Source: an uncultured Candidatus Rokubacteria bacterium (GTDB lineage: Bacteria; Methylomirabilota; Methylomirabilia; Rokubacteriales; CSP1-6). From it: 64,000 nucleotides of DNA. Where the stretch lies: positions 160,001 through 224,000 of the forward strand of contig CAVWFS010000014.1 of the NCBI GenBank assembly GCA_963754315.1, given 5' to 3'. Positions 49,237 to 58,377 of this stretch are shown here, piece by piece (position 1 is the stretch's first letter; the number at the start of each line of letters is the position of its first letter). A program made the translations under genes and the position numbers. Below the pieces are notes generated by a model. That model made no database searches and was not told the DNA's origin. It saw only the letters and a list, made by a program, of their open reading frames with translations.

Positions 49237-49740
49237 TCAGGCGACGCGCCTCGTTCGCATGGGATTCAGAACCATTCTGTCGTCGATTCTCGCCTCGCGC
49301 CCGATTCCTGCCGTTGCCCGCGAGACGATCCGAAGCACGCGGTCCCGGAGGCCGGGTGACGCGACAGGTCCGGCAACCTCTACCACCACGGGCGCCCGCC
49401 GCCGCAGAGGCGCATAAACAGTAGCCATGATCGGGGAACCCGACAACGATGGCTCGGTGAGCAAAGCATCCGAGAGCCGCGCCTGGAGCGTCATGGCCGC
49501 GTCCTCTTGGCGGCGCTTCGCGTCGTAGAGCCGGATTGCCGTGATCAGCACGGCAAGGAGGACGGCGACGACCGCGAACAACAGGAAACCTCCGGCCCAG
49601 GAGCTGGTCGTCCCCGCCGGCGCCGGGACAGGCGGACTTCCCGAGGTTACCGGAGTCTGGGCCAGCGCCCACTCCGCTGCAGCGGCCGCAGTCGCGACAA
49701 TCGCCACCAGGGCGATACGGGCTTGCCGAACTCCCGTCAT
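49237..49740 (-). CDS. Membrane protein with BON-like C-terminal domain, copy B
   Basis: Clear paralog of 42888-43385 (LAVLITAIRLYD.KRRQED, LQA.LSDALL.EPSL, ATVYAPLR, AGPV.SP.LRD). Confidence 0.75.
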   Translation of the reverse strand: MTGVRQARIALVAIVATAAAAAEWALAQTPVTSGSPPVPAPAGTTSSWAGGFLLFAVVAVLLAVLITAIRLYDAKRRQEDAAMTLQARLSDALLTEPSLSGSPIMATVYAPLRRRAPVVVEVAGPVASPGLRDRVLRIVSRATAGIGREARIDDRMVLNPMRTRRVA

Positions 49741-49764
49741 GACGCACCTCCTCCACCGTCAGCC

Positions 49765-49780
49765 AGCATCCGCTATGCCA
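49765..49780 (-). promoter_or_regulatory. Sigma-54 (-24/-12) promoter, copy B
   Basis: Minus strand TGGCATAGCGGATGCT = GG-N10-GC. Confidence 0.7.
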
Positions 49781-49858
49781 CCGACGTTGCGGCTTGCTGG
49801 GGCCAAATCTGCACGGTTGTGGGGAAACTCTGAGTGTCGCGGCGGCTAAGCCTCTCTT

Positions 49859-49880
49859 TTTGTCTTGTAAGGTCTTCATT
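49859..49880. promoter_or_regulatory. Conserved upstream motif, copy B
   Basis: tttgtcttgtaaggtcttcatt. Confidence 0.55.
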
Positions 49881-50016
49881 CGAGCAGAAAGCGTTTTCGT
49901 GAGCTCCTCGCTGCCTGAGTGACGTGATCCCGTCGCGCTCCCGAGCCGGCCCCGTGGAGGTCGGGGCTGGCGCGGGCACGCCTCGCCTTAAAGGTCGATC
50001 GCCGTTCGGTCAAGGC

Positions 50017-50748
50017 TTAGCCGGCGACGTCACCCCAGACGACGTAACGCCGGCGCGGACGCGGTTCCTGTCCTTCCTCGACCATGCGCTGCTCCTGGGC
50101 CGCCACCAGATCGAGTAGTGGATCACTGCCCACGTTCACGAGACCATGCGCTCGCAGGAGCGCGTCGATCTCCTCCCGAGGCCGCCCCCCAAGGAAGGGA
50201 AGCTGATGGCCCACCGCCGCGTACTCCTGGCTCGCGCGGGCATTCTCCGCCGAGGGTGGCGCGGCGCTCGGGTCGAACTGTCCATCGACCACGACCAGAC
50301 GCCCGCCCCGTCGGAGGACCCGGATCCACTCGTCGATGGCCGCCTCCGGGTGCGGGAGTGTCCACAGCACATGCCGGCTGATAACGAGGTCGAAGCTGCC
50401 GGAGGCGAACGGGAGCTGCTCGGCGTCGGCCTCCTCGAACCGGACGGACACGCCATGCGCGCCCGCCTTTCGCCGTGCCTCGGCTAGCATGGCCGGCGCG
50501 AAGTCGACGCCGGTCACGTCATGCCCCCGCGCGGCTAGCTCGAAGCTGAGAAACCCCGTCCCGCAGCCGGCGTCGAGCGTGACGAGCCCAGAGCGGCCGC
50601 GAAGAACAAGGTCGAGGATACGGTCCCAGGCGGCGCGCTCGGCGGGGGTACTGATGCTGTGGCCGAAGCCCTCGTCGAAGGAAGGCGCTCGCCGATTCCA
50701 GTGGGCGGCCACCTGTTGCTTGACCACATCACCTTGGCCAGACGACAT
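50017..50748 (-). CDS. Class I SAM-dependent methyltransferase
   Basis: LDAGCGTG, GVDFAPAML, ADAEQLPF...FDLV, RVLRRGG. Confidence 0.93.
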   Translation of the reverse strand: MSSGQGDVVKQQVAAHWNRRAPSFDEGFGHSISTPAERAAWDRILDLVLRGRSGLVTLDAGCGTGFLSFELAARGHDVTGVDFAPAMLAEARRKAGAHGVSVRFEEADAEQLPFASGSFDLVISRHVLWTLPHPEAAIDEWIRVLRRGGRLVVVDGQFDPSAAPPSAENARASQEYAAVGHQLPFLGGRPREEIDALLRAHGLVNVGSDPLLDLVAAQEQRMVEEGQEPRPRRRYVVWGDVAG

Positions 50749-50948
50749 ACAGTGTCCCTCCGATGGCTCAGTCTTGGAGCATTCTAGTTCTAGATCCTGA
50801 CGTCCGGATCACCCCCGTGTCCGTTGCGGTCTCCCGCATTCCGTTGACGGGGCAGCAGGTGCGGGGGCAGTATCACCTTCGCGAGGCGCATCGCGTCTCT
50901 GCCGGAGGCGTGTCACCCAGCGCAAAACTGCTCAGGGAGGAGGACACC

Positions 50949-51743
50949 ATGGATCGCCGAGAGATTCTGGCCGAGCGTCCCGTCGAACGAGGGCGTGGCT
51001 TCATGCCCGGTGTGAGCGTCAATCCCGCGCGCGTCCTGTTCACGGCCGGATTGACCGGACGCAATCCCGACGGCGCGCTGGTCGCGGGCGGGATGGCGCC
51101 CCAGACTCGCCGTGCCTTCGAGCGGCTCGAGGCCGTGCTCGCCCACGCGGGGACGACGTTCGGGAGTGTCGTGAAGCAGCTCGTCTACGTCACCGACATC
51201 GACGCCTACAACACGAGCGGACGAGCCGAACGCGGCAAGTTCTTCGGCAACACGCGGCCGGCGTCCACCGGCTTGGTCGTACGGCGCCTGGCCGACCCCG
51301 CCATGCTTGTCGAGGTGGAGCTGGTGGTCGATCTGGCCGGAGCGCCGGCGGGGAAGCCCTTGCTGGAGAAGTTCAACGTGGAGAGCCACCCGGGTGATTT
51401 CCATCAGGGCGTGATCGTCAACGGTGGCCGACTGCTCTACCTGGCCGGCCAGGTCGCCAACAATCCTGACGGGTCGGTAGCCGGGGCGGGCGACTGGCGG
51501 CGGCAGGCCGAGAAGGTCTACGAGAACATCGGCCACCTGCTGCGTGCAGCCGGTGGTGGCCCCGGCAGCGCGGTGAAGGAGACGACCTGGGTGCTCAGCA
51601 TCGACTCGTGGCGCCAGCAGGGTGCTCCTGTCCGTCGCGACTTTTACAAGGGCGACTACCCCGCCTCGACCCTGGTCGAGATTCCGGGTCTGGCGCGGGC
51701 GGAGTTCCTGGTGGAAATCGAAGTGATCGCCGCCGTGGCGTGA
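50949..51743 (+). CDS. Tandem two-domain RidA family protein
   Basis: Two RidA units ending PASTGLVV..LVEVE and PASTLVEI..LVEIEVIA. Confidence 0.85.
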   Translation: MDRREILAERPVERGRGFMPGVSVNPARVLFTAGLTGRNPDGALVAGGMAPQTRRAFERLEAVLAHAGTTFGSVVKQLVYVTDIDAYNTSGRAERGKFFGNTRPASTGLVVRRLADPAMLVEVELVVDLAGAPAGKPLLEKFNVESHPGDFHQGVIVNGGRLLYLAGQVANNPDGSVAGAGDWRRQAEKVYENIGHLLRAAGGGPGSAVKETTWVLSIDSWRQQGAPVRRDFYKGDYPASTLVEIPGLARAEFLVEIEVIAAVA

Positions 51744-51758
51744 AGGGGAGAAACGGTC

Positions 51759-52145
51759 ATGCCATTCAGCACAATCGCGACACCTGAAGCCAAGCCAGTG
51801 GCCAACTACAAGATGGCAACCCGCCTGGAGGGCGGGCGGCTGCTCTACATCTCAGGCCAGGTGGCCTGGGATACGAGCGGCAACATCGTCGGAAAGGGCG
51901 ATGTGCGGGCGCAGGCCCGGCAAACCTTTGCGAACCTGCGCGGCGTCTTGCAGGCGGCGGGTGGGGACTTCGGCAATCTCATGAAGATCACCACGTACAT
52001 CACCAAGATCGAGGATTTCCCGGCGGTGGCCGAGGCGCGCAGCGAGGTCTTTGGCGGACAGCTACCGGCCAGCACCCTGATCGTGGTCAAGGGCCTGTTC
52101 CATCCCGACTTCTTGATCGAGGTGGAGGGTGTGGCCGCCGTGTGA
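51759..52145 (+). CDS. RidA family protein
   Basis: LLYISGQVA, QARQTFANL, PASTLIVV, LIEVEGVA. Confidence 0.9.
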   Translation: MPFSTIATPEAKPVANYKMATRLEGGRLLYISGQVAWDTSGNIVGKGDVRAQARQTFANLRGVLQAAGGDFGNLMKITTYITKIEDFPAVAEARSEVFGGQLPASTLIVVKGLFHPDFLIEVEGVAAV

Positions 52146-52187
52146 CGGGCTTGCGGGCGGGGCTCACTCGGACGCGAGGACCGCCCC

Positions 52188-53111
52188 ATGCGGGCCTTCT
52201 TGCTGCGGCGCCTTCTCCACGCCGTGTTCGTCATCTGGGGCGTGGTCACGGTCGTCTTCTTCCTGGTGCGCGCCACCGGCGACCCCGCCGCCTTCCTGGT
52301 CGACCAGACGGCCACCCAGGAAGAGATCGCCCACATGCGGCGGTTGCTGGGGCTCGACCGGCCGCTGCTCACCCAATACGTGGACTTCCTGGGCGCCATC
52401 CCCCGCGGCGACTTCGGCATCTCGCTGCGCGAGAAGCGCCCGGCCATGCCTATGGTGCTCGAGCACCTATGGCCGGCCACCGTCGAGCTGTCGGTCGCTG
52501 CCTTGCTGCTGTCCACCCTCCTCGCCATTCCCCTCGGGGTGATCTCGGCGACCCGCCGCAATCGGGCCGCGGACCACCTGAGCCGCATCGCGTCGCTCTT
52601 TCTCCAATCCATGCCGAGCTTCTGGCTCGGCCTCATGCTCATCCTGCTCTTTGCCGTCCAGCTGCAGGGCCTGCTGCCAGCCTATGGCTCGGGAAGTCTG
52701 CGTCATCTGATCCTGCCCGCCGTGACGTTAGCCGCCGCCCCGCTGGCCCAGAACGTGCGGCTCATCCGGTCCGGCATGCTCGAGGTGCTCCAGCAGGACT
52801 ATGTCCGCACCGCTCGCGCCAAAGGCGTCCTCGAGCGCGGCGTGATCTACCGCCACGCCCTACGCAACGCCGCGATCCCCGTCATCACGGTGACCGGACT
52901 TTCGCTCGGTTTCATGCTGAGTGGGACCGTGGTCATCGAGACCGTCTTCTCTTGGCCGGGGATGGGGCGGCTCATCGTGCAGGCGGTGCCGGGACGCGAC
53001 TTCCCGGTGATCCAGGCCGGAGTGTTCGTCTTTGCCGTGATCTTCGTGGTGATCAACTTGCTCGTCGACGTGCTCTACACGGTGGTAGACCCACGGGTGC
53101 GCCTGCGGTGA
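52188..53111 (+). CDS. Peptide ABC transporter permease (DppB-like)
   Basis: LGLDRPLLTQY, GDFGIS, QDYVRTARAKG, ETVFSWPGMG. Confidence 0.93.
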   Translation: MRAFLLRRLLHAVFVIWGVVTVVFFLVRATGDPAAFLVDQTATQEEIAHMRRLLGLDRPLLTQYVDFLGAIPRGDFGISLREKRPAMPMVLEHLWPATVELSVAALLLSTLLAIPLGVISATRRNRAADHLSRIASLFLQSMPSFWLGLMLILLFAVQLQGLLPAYGSGSLRHLILPAVTLAAAPLAQNVRLIRSGMLEVLQQDYVRTARAKGVLERGVIYRHALRNAAIPVITVTGLSLGFMLSGTVVIETVFSWPGMGRLIVQAVPGRDFPVIQAGVFVFAVIFVVINLLVDVLYTVVDPRVRLR

Positions 53112-53959
53112 GCCTTCTGACACGGCTCGGGCGCGATGCTTCCGCCTTTGCCGGTCTGCTCGTCATCGTGGCGACTGTGCTCGCCGCCGTCCTGGCGCCG
53201 GTCCTGTCGCCCGCTGACCCTGTCAAGAACCAGCTCCTGGAACGGCTGACGCCGCCCATGTGGGTGGCCGGGGGGACGGCCCGGCATCCGCTGGGGACTG
53301 ACACGCTCGGGCGCGACGTGACGAGCCGGTTGCTCTATGGCGCGCGCGTCTCGCTCATCGTCGGCGTATCCGCAGTGATCATCGCTGGCCTGCTCGGGGT
53401 CGTCCTGGGGCTCCTGGCCGGCTACTACCGCGGCTGGGCCGACGACGTGCTCATGCGGATCGGCGACGTGCAGCTCGCCTTTCCGGTCCTCGTGCTCGCC
53501 ATCGCGCTACTGGCTGTGGCTGGCGCCAGCTTGCTGACGGTAGTATTGGTTCTCGGCGTCACTGGATGGATCACCTACGCCCGCATCGTCCGCGGTGAGA
53601 CCCTATCGCTGATCACTCGCGAGTTCGTGGAGGCGGCACGGGCCATGGGTGCCCCCGATCGCCACGTCATCTGGCGCCACGTCGTGCCCAACGTGCTGCC
53701 GCCCGTCACCGTGGTGGCCACGTTCTCGGTAGCCCGCGTCGTCATCGCCGAGGCGTCGCTGAGCTTCCTTGGTCTCGGCATCCCCCCGCCTGCTCCCAGC
53801 TGGGGCGCCATGCTCGACGAAGGCCGCAACTACCTCACCACCGGGTGGTGGCTCGCCCTCTTCCCGGGCCTCGCCATCCTGTTGCTCGTGCTCGGCATCA
53901 ACCTGGTGGGCGACTGGCTGCGCGACGCGCTCGATCCCCGCCTGGAGCGCGGGATGTAG
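53108..53959 (+). CDS. Peptide ABC transporter permease (DppC-like)
   Basis: HPLGTDTLGRD, EFVEAARAMG, EASLSFLGLG, GDWLRDALDP; GTGA overlap. Confidence 0.93.
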   Translation: MSLLTRLGRDASAFAGLLVIVATVLAAVLAPVLSPADPVKNQLLERLTPPMWVAGGTARHPLGTDTLGRDVTSRLLYGARVSLIVGVSAVIIAGLLGVVLGLLAGYYRGWADDVLMRIGDVQLAFPVLVLAIALLAVAGASLLTVVLVLGVTGWITYARIVRGETLSLITREFVEAARAMGAPDRHVIWRHVVPNVLPPVTVVATFSVARVVIAEASLSFLGLGIPPPAPSWGAMLDEGRNYLTTGWWLALFPGLAILLLVLGINLVGDWLRDALDPRLERGM

Positions 53960-54115
53960 GCACCCGACGAACGTGGCCGGTCCTCGGCGGGTGGCGGCCC
54001 GCCGTCGCGCACGGTGGCTCCGGCGGCAGGTCCATCGACAATCCTCATCATTGCGCGCTCGTCCGATCGAGATGTCGATTGCGAACGTTTGCCAACGGTG
54101 GGACGTGGCGCACGC

Positions 54116-54465
54116 TCACGGGTTCGGCCCTTCGCTCTGCTGCTTGATGTATTGACGGGTGACGCACACGGGGTCGAAGCCGAGCCTGACGTAGAGTCGT
54201 TTGGGCTCGGCGGTGGCCAGGGCGCCAATGAGGACCTGATCGGCCCCCTGGTGGCGCACGTGCGCGATGGCGTGCGCGATCAGGGCGGTCGCAAGGACAC
54301 CGGCGCCATAGGCACAATCCACGCCGTCGACGCGCGCCAGAAAGAACTGATAGGATGGCGCCTTTTTGCGATAGCCGGCCACGATCCCACGCGTGACCTC
54401 GGGCGGCATGGCATGCGTCTGCGTTCACTCGGCTTCGGTATGGTCGTGGCGGACAAGCTCTATGA
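54116..54465 (-). pseudogene. Degenerate GNAT-like acetyltransferase fragment
   Basis: LATALIAHAI...PKRLYVRLGF motif-B-like end; in-frame stop just upstream and central acetyl-CoA motif missing. Confidence 0.45.
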
Positions 54466-54533
54466 GTCGAATCTGTCGTCGTGACCGTAGGAGATACGCG
54501 GCTGGCCGCGACGAACCGTCTCGGACGCGTTGA

Positions 54534-54786
54534 AAGGTCACATACGAGTCTGCCCGAGTCTTTGGCCCATGAGTTGAACGCGCCGGAGCGAGTCGGAGCG
54601 ACGCAAGAGCCGGACGTTGTGTCCGAGCCCCTCGCCCTTCTGATTATCGCCGCCCAGGACCGCCGGGCGCCTGGCTCTGCTCTACGCTGAGGCCGCGTCA
54701 GGACGCGCAGTCCAGGGCGAGACAACGAGGCTGTCCATGAAGGACTTCGCGGCCCTTGATCGCGAGGTGGCCAGTCGTCCACGTGA
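54534..54786 (+). pseudogene. Degenerate antitoxin upstream of MazF-like toxin
   Basis: Fragments SLPESLAHEL / LYAEAA / KDFAALDRE in shifting frames; position directly before the toxin. Confidence 0.35.
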
Positions 54787-55137
54787 GCCTCCAGACATGG
54801 GACCTCGCGTGGGCGATCCTCGATCCGTCCGTCGGTCATGAGCAGCGTGGCCGTCGCCCCGTTCTCGTCTTCTGCAACGAGGTCATCGCCACTCCGATCG
54901 GACTCATGACCGCGCTACCGCTCACCACCTGGAAGAAGGGACGTCGCGTCTATCCGACGGAGGTGTTGATCCCGCGGGGACGGCTGGGCTTCCGGCTGCC
55001 TCCCTCGTCCTCGCGCACCAAGTGCGAACGATCTCGGCCCAACGGCTCTCCGCCGCTCTCGGCGCGCTCGGCGATCCGATCTTGCGCGAGCAGGTGAGCC
55101 GAGCGCTCCGACTCTGGCTCGACCTGGAGCGCACTGA
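54783..55137 (+). CDS. PemK/MazF family toxin; frameshift near 54977
   Basis: LDPSVGHEQRGRRPVLV, LPLTT, YPTEVLI, then shifted SLVLAHQVRTISAQRL. Confidence 0.82.
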
Positions 55138-55170
55138 GGACTATCCTCCGGGCCGGCGAGGAGGTAAGAC

Positions 55171-56385
55171 ATGAAGCGCAGCAGCGTCCGGATCCTGACG
55201 AGCCATGCCGGAAGCCTTCCGCGCCCGGACGATCTGATCGAGCTGAACCGGGCCCGCCAAGCTCGCGAGGCCGTCGACGAAGCGGCCTTTCGGGCCCGGC
55301 TCGGCGCCGCGGTCGCCGACGTCGTCCGGCGTCAGAAAGAGGCGGGCATCGACATCGCGGGTGACGGCGAGTACGGCAAGGCCATGGGGCACGCCATCAA
55401 CTACGGCGCCTGGTGGAGCTATTCATTCCAGCGACTGGGTGGGCTTGAGCTTACCGGCCCTGCCCTGCTCGATGTTCCCCCGCCGGCGCCGGTGCCAGGA
55501 AAAGTCAGCTTGACCAGCTTCGCCGGCCGACGCGACCGCGAGATCTTCGCGGCGGCCTATGCCGACCCCAATTCCGGCGTGTCAACGGGACCGCTCAGGA
55601 CCATCAGGCCCACGTGCACCGGCCCTCTTCGCTACATCGGCCATGAAGCCATCCGGAGCGACATCGCCCACTTCAAGGCGGGTCTGGCGGCGGCAGGCAT
55701 CGACGAGGGCTTCATGACCTCGATCGCGCCGGGCAGCGCCTCCCGCGTCGGCAACACCTACTACAAGACGGAAGAAGAGTTCATCTGGGCGTGCGCCGAC
55801 GCCATGCGCGAGGAGTACGTGGCCATCATCGAGGCTGGCCTCATCCTGCAGCTCGACGATCCCGCGATCGCCGAGAACTGGGACATGATCAATCCGGCGC
55901 CGCCCGTAGAGGACTACCAGAAGTTCTCCATGATCCGGGTGGAAGCGCTCAACCATGCCCTGCGCGGGCTGCCCGCCGATCGCATTCGCTTTCATCTGTG
56001 CTGGGGGAGCTGGCACGGTCCCCACGTCACCGATATTCCTATGCGCGACATCGTCGAGGTCATGCTGGTCGTGAACTGTCAGGCCTATTCCTTCGAGGCG
56101 GGCAATGTCCGCCACGAGCATGAGTGGAAGGTCTGGCAGGACGTCAAGCTGCCCCCCGGGAAGATCCTGCTGCCCGGGGTCGTGAGCCATGCCACCAACG
56201 TGGTGGAGCACCCCGAGCTGGTGGCCGATCGCATCATTCGCTTCGCCAACCTGGTCGGACGCGAGAACGTCCTCGCGTCTACCGACTGCGGTCTCGGGGG
56301 CCGGGTGCATCCGCAAATCGCATGGGCCAAGCTGGACACGCTCGCGCGCGGAGCGGCGCTGGCCACCACGCGTCTCTGGCCCTGA
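55171..56385 (+). CDS. Cobalamin-independent methionine synthase II family (MetE C-terminal-like)
   Basis: SHAGSLPRP, GDGEYGK, LQLDDP, Zn ligands HLCWG / FE / TDCG. Confidence 0.9.
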   Translation: MKRSSVRILTSHAGSLPRPDDLIELNRARQAREAVDEAAFRARLGAAVADVVRRQKEAGIDIAGDGEYGKAMGHAINYGAWWSYSFQRLGGLELTGPALLDVPPPAPVPGKVSLTSFAGRRDREIFAAAYADPNSGVSTGPLRTIRPTCTGPLRYIGHEAIRSDIAHFKAGLAAAGIDEGFMTSIAPGSASRVGNTYYKTEEEFIWACADAMREEYVAIIEAGLILQLDDPAIAENWDMINPAPPVEDYQKFSMIRVEALNHALRGLPADRIRFHLCWGSWHGPHVTDIPMRDIVEVMLVVNCQAYSFEAGNVRHEHEWKVWQDVKLPPGKILLPGVVSHATNVVEHPELVADRIIRFANLVGRENVLASTDCGLGGRVHPQIAWAKLDTLARGAALATTRLWP

Positions 56386-56407
56386 TGGGCACGCGGCACC
56401 TCACGTC

Positions 56408-57355
56408 ATGACACCCGACGACATGCTCATCTTCGGCGGAAGCGGGAGTCCCCGGCTCACGGCCGCGATCTGTCGGCACCTGCGGGTGCCCCCCGCCGCC
56501 GGGGAAGTACTGCGCTTCTCCGAGGGCAATCTGTTCGTGCGGGTCAAGGAGAACGTGCGGGGACGCCGGGTCTACGTCATACAGTCGACGGTCTTCCCGG
56601 CCAATGATCATTTCATGGAGCTCCTGTTCTGGATCGATGCGCTGAAGCGGGCCAGCGCCGAATCGGTGACCGTCGTCATGCCCTATTTCAGCTATGCGAA
56701 GGGCGACAAGAAAGACGAGTCCCGGGTCTCCATCCGCGCCCGGGTGTGCGCCGATGCCATCGAGGTGGCGGGTGCCAACCGGGTCGTCACGCTCGACCTG
56801 CACGCACCCCAGATCCAGGGCTTCTTCCGCATCCCGGTCGACGACCTCTACGCCCTGCCGGTCCTGGGCGCGGCGCTCGCTCGTCTGCAACTGCCTGACC
56901 TCGTGGTGGTATCGCCAGACGCGGGCTTCGTCAAACACGCCCGCAAGTACGCCTCCTTCCTCAACGCCTCCATCGCCATCGCGGACAAGCAGCGCAAGGC
57001 GCACGACGAGCGCGCCGAGGTCTTGACCATCATCGGGGAGGTGGAGGGCAAGACAGCCGTGATCGTGGACGACTTCACGATCTCGGCGGGTACCCTGGCC
57101 GCCGCTGCCGAGAAGCTGGTGGAGCGCGGCGCCCGGGCCGTCTACGCCGCGGTGTCCCACGGTGTCTTCAGCGAAGGCTCGATGGAGCGGCTCGACCGGA
57201 GCCCGATCCAACAGTTGCTCGTGACGGACTCGATTGAGACCCAGCCCGTGGCGCTGTCACCAAAGGTCGAGGTCGTCTCGGTGGCGCCGCTCTTCGCCGA
57301 GGCGATCCGTCGTATCCACAACCGGGAGAGCATCAGCGGTCTGTTCCCCGCGTGA
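56408..57355 (+). CDS. prs: Ribose-phosphate pyrophosphokinase
   Basis: FSEGN, ENVRG, LDLHAPQIQGFF, VVSPDAG, IVDDFTISAGTL, SISGLF. Confidence 0.93.
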   Translation: MTPDDMLIFGGSGSPRLTAAICRHLRVPPAAGEVLRFSEGNLFVRVKENVRGRRVYVIQSTVFPANDHFMELLFWIDALKRASAESVTVVMPYFSYAKGDKKDESRVSIRARVCADAIEVAGANRVVTLDLHAPQIQGFFRIPVDDLYALPVLGAALARLQLPDLVVVSPDAGFVKHARKYASFLNASIAIADKQRKAHDERAEVLTIIGEVEGKTAVIVDDFTISAGTLAAAAEKLVERGARAVYAAVSHGVFSEGSMERLDRSPIQQLLVTDSIETQPVALSPKVEVVSVAPLFAEAIRRIHNRESISGLFPA

Positions 57356-57487
57356 GGGCGACGCTTCAAAGGGCCGGGAGTTCCGCGAGCAACCGTGGTT
57401 GTCTCCACCTGGCATCTCTGGCCCCCGCGATCGCGCTAATCTTGTAGGCGGTGGGGCCGGGGCCCATCGAGACCCCCTACACACGAA

Positions 57488-58060
57488 ATGAGCGTTCCGT
57501 CAGTCCGACGCACAGATAAGTTGATGCCTGAGTCCAGGGCCCGCGAGATGATCGCGCGTGGCTACTGCGGGCGACTGGGTACGGTCGGCCCCGATGGCTC
57601 GCCGTACGTTGTCCCGCTGCTCTATGTGTGGATCGACGGTGAAATCTGGGTTCACAACACGCGGGCGCCCGGGCACCTACGCGCCAATGTGGACCACGAG
57701 CCCAGGGTGTGTTTCGAGATCGACGAGCCGGGCGAGGTGTTCGCCTACGGGCGCTTCGAGTGCGACACTTCGGTCGCCTACCGCAGCGTCATCGCTTTCG
57801 GCCGCATCCGCGTGATCGAGGATCAGACGTCCAAGCACCGCTTCTTCGCCGCGCTCATGAACAAGTACGGCGATCCGAGCTGGGGCCGCCTGCAGGAATT
57901 CTTCCCACGGCTGGATCAGGTGACGGTCTACGCGATCGCGATAGACAGGATGACCGGCAAGGAGACTCCGTTGCCGCCGCTCCAGGACCGGTGGCCCGCT
58001 GCCGACCATACGAAGACGCCGGACGCAGTTCCACGGGAAAGGCCGCCGACGATCCAGTGA
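57488..58060 (+). CDS. Pyridoxamine 5'-phosphate oxidase / NimA-like flavin-binding protein
   Basis: GRLGT..DGSPYVVPL, PRVCFEID, YRSVIAFG, MTGKE. Confidence 0.88.
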   Translation: MSVPSVRRTDKLMPESRAREMIARGYCGRLGTVGPDGSPYVVPLLYVWIDGEIWVHNTRAPGHLRANVDHEPRVCFEIDEPGEVFAYGRFECDTSVAYRSVIAFGRIRVIEDQTSKHRFFAALMNKYGDPSWGRLQEFFPRLDQVTVYAIAIDRMTGKETPLPPLQDRWPAADHTKTPDAVPRERPPTIQ

Positions 58061-58377
58061 GAATCCCGCGTCTGGTTTGGGCGGAGCTCACTTCGACGGC
58101 GACCCGCCCACCTGCTCCCGCGCCTTGCGCGCCGTCTCCTGGGCATCGAGGGTCAACCGGTAGGCAACACACCCTCCTTGGCACGGATCGTCCATGTCGG
58201 CGGGAACTCGGGCCAGACACCGAAATTCGCGGTCATTGTCGCACGGCCCGCCGATTCGTGATTCACCGCCCTGGGCCGCGACGATCTCGCTGGCCGGCGC
58301 TGGTGGCCATGCGTCCGCCACGATCGTCGGGTATGATCGAGCGATCCGAGATCCGGAGCCAGACAGGGAGACGCGGC

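Noticed and set aside
42888..49880. Paralogue pair as direct repeats of a composite transposon
   Set aside because: Copies are clearly diverged; no transposase, terminal inverted repeats or target duplication
52142..53959. 605-aa ORF suggesting a long permease
   Set aside because: N-terminal half is an off-frame shadow of the DppB-like gene; the DppC-like gene starts at GTG 53108
58179..58196. TTGGCACGGATCGTCCAT as a sigma-54 promoter
   Set aside because: Good -24 element, but the -12 position reads CC instead of GC
58088..58240. Possible minus-strand gene remnant (AYRLTLDAQETARKAREQVG)
   Set aside because: Too short and frame-broken to assign to any family
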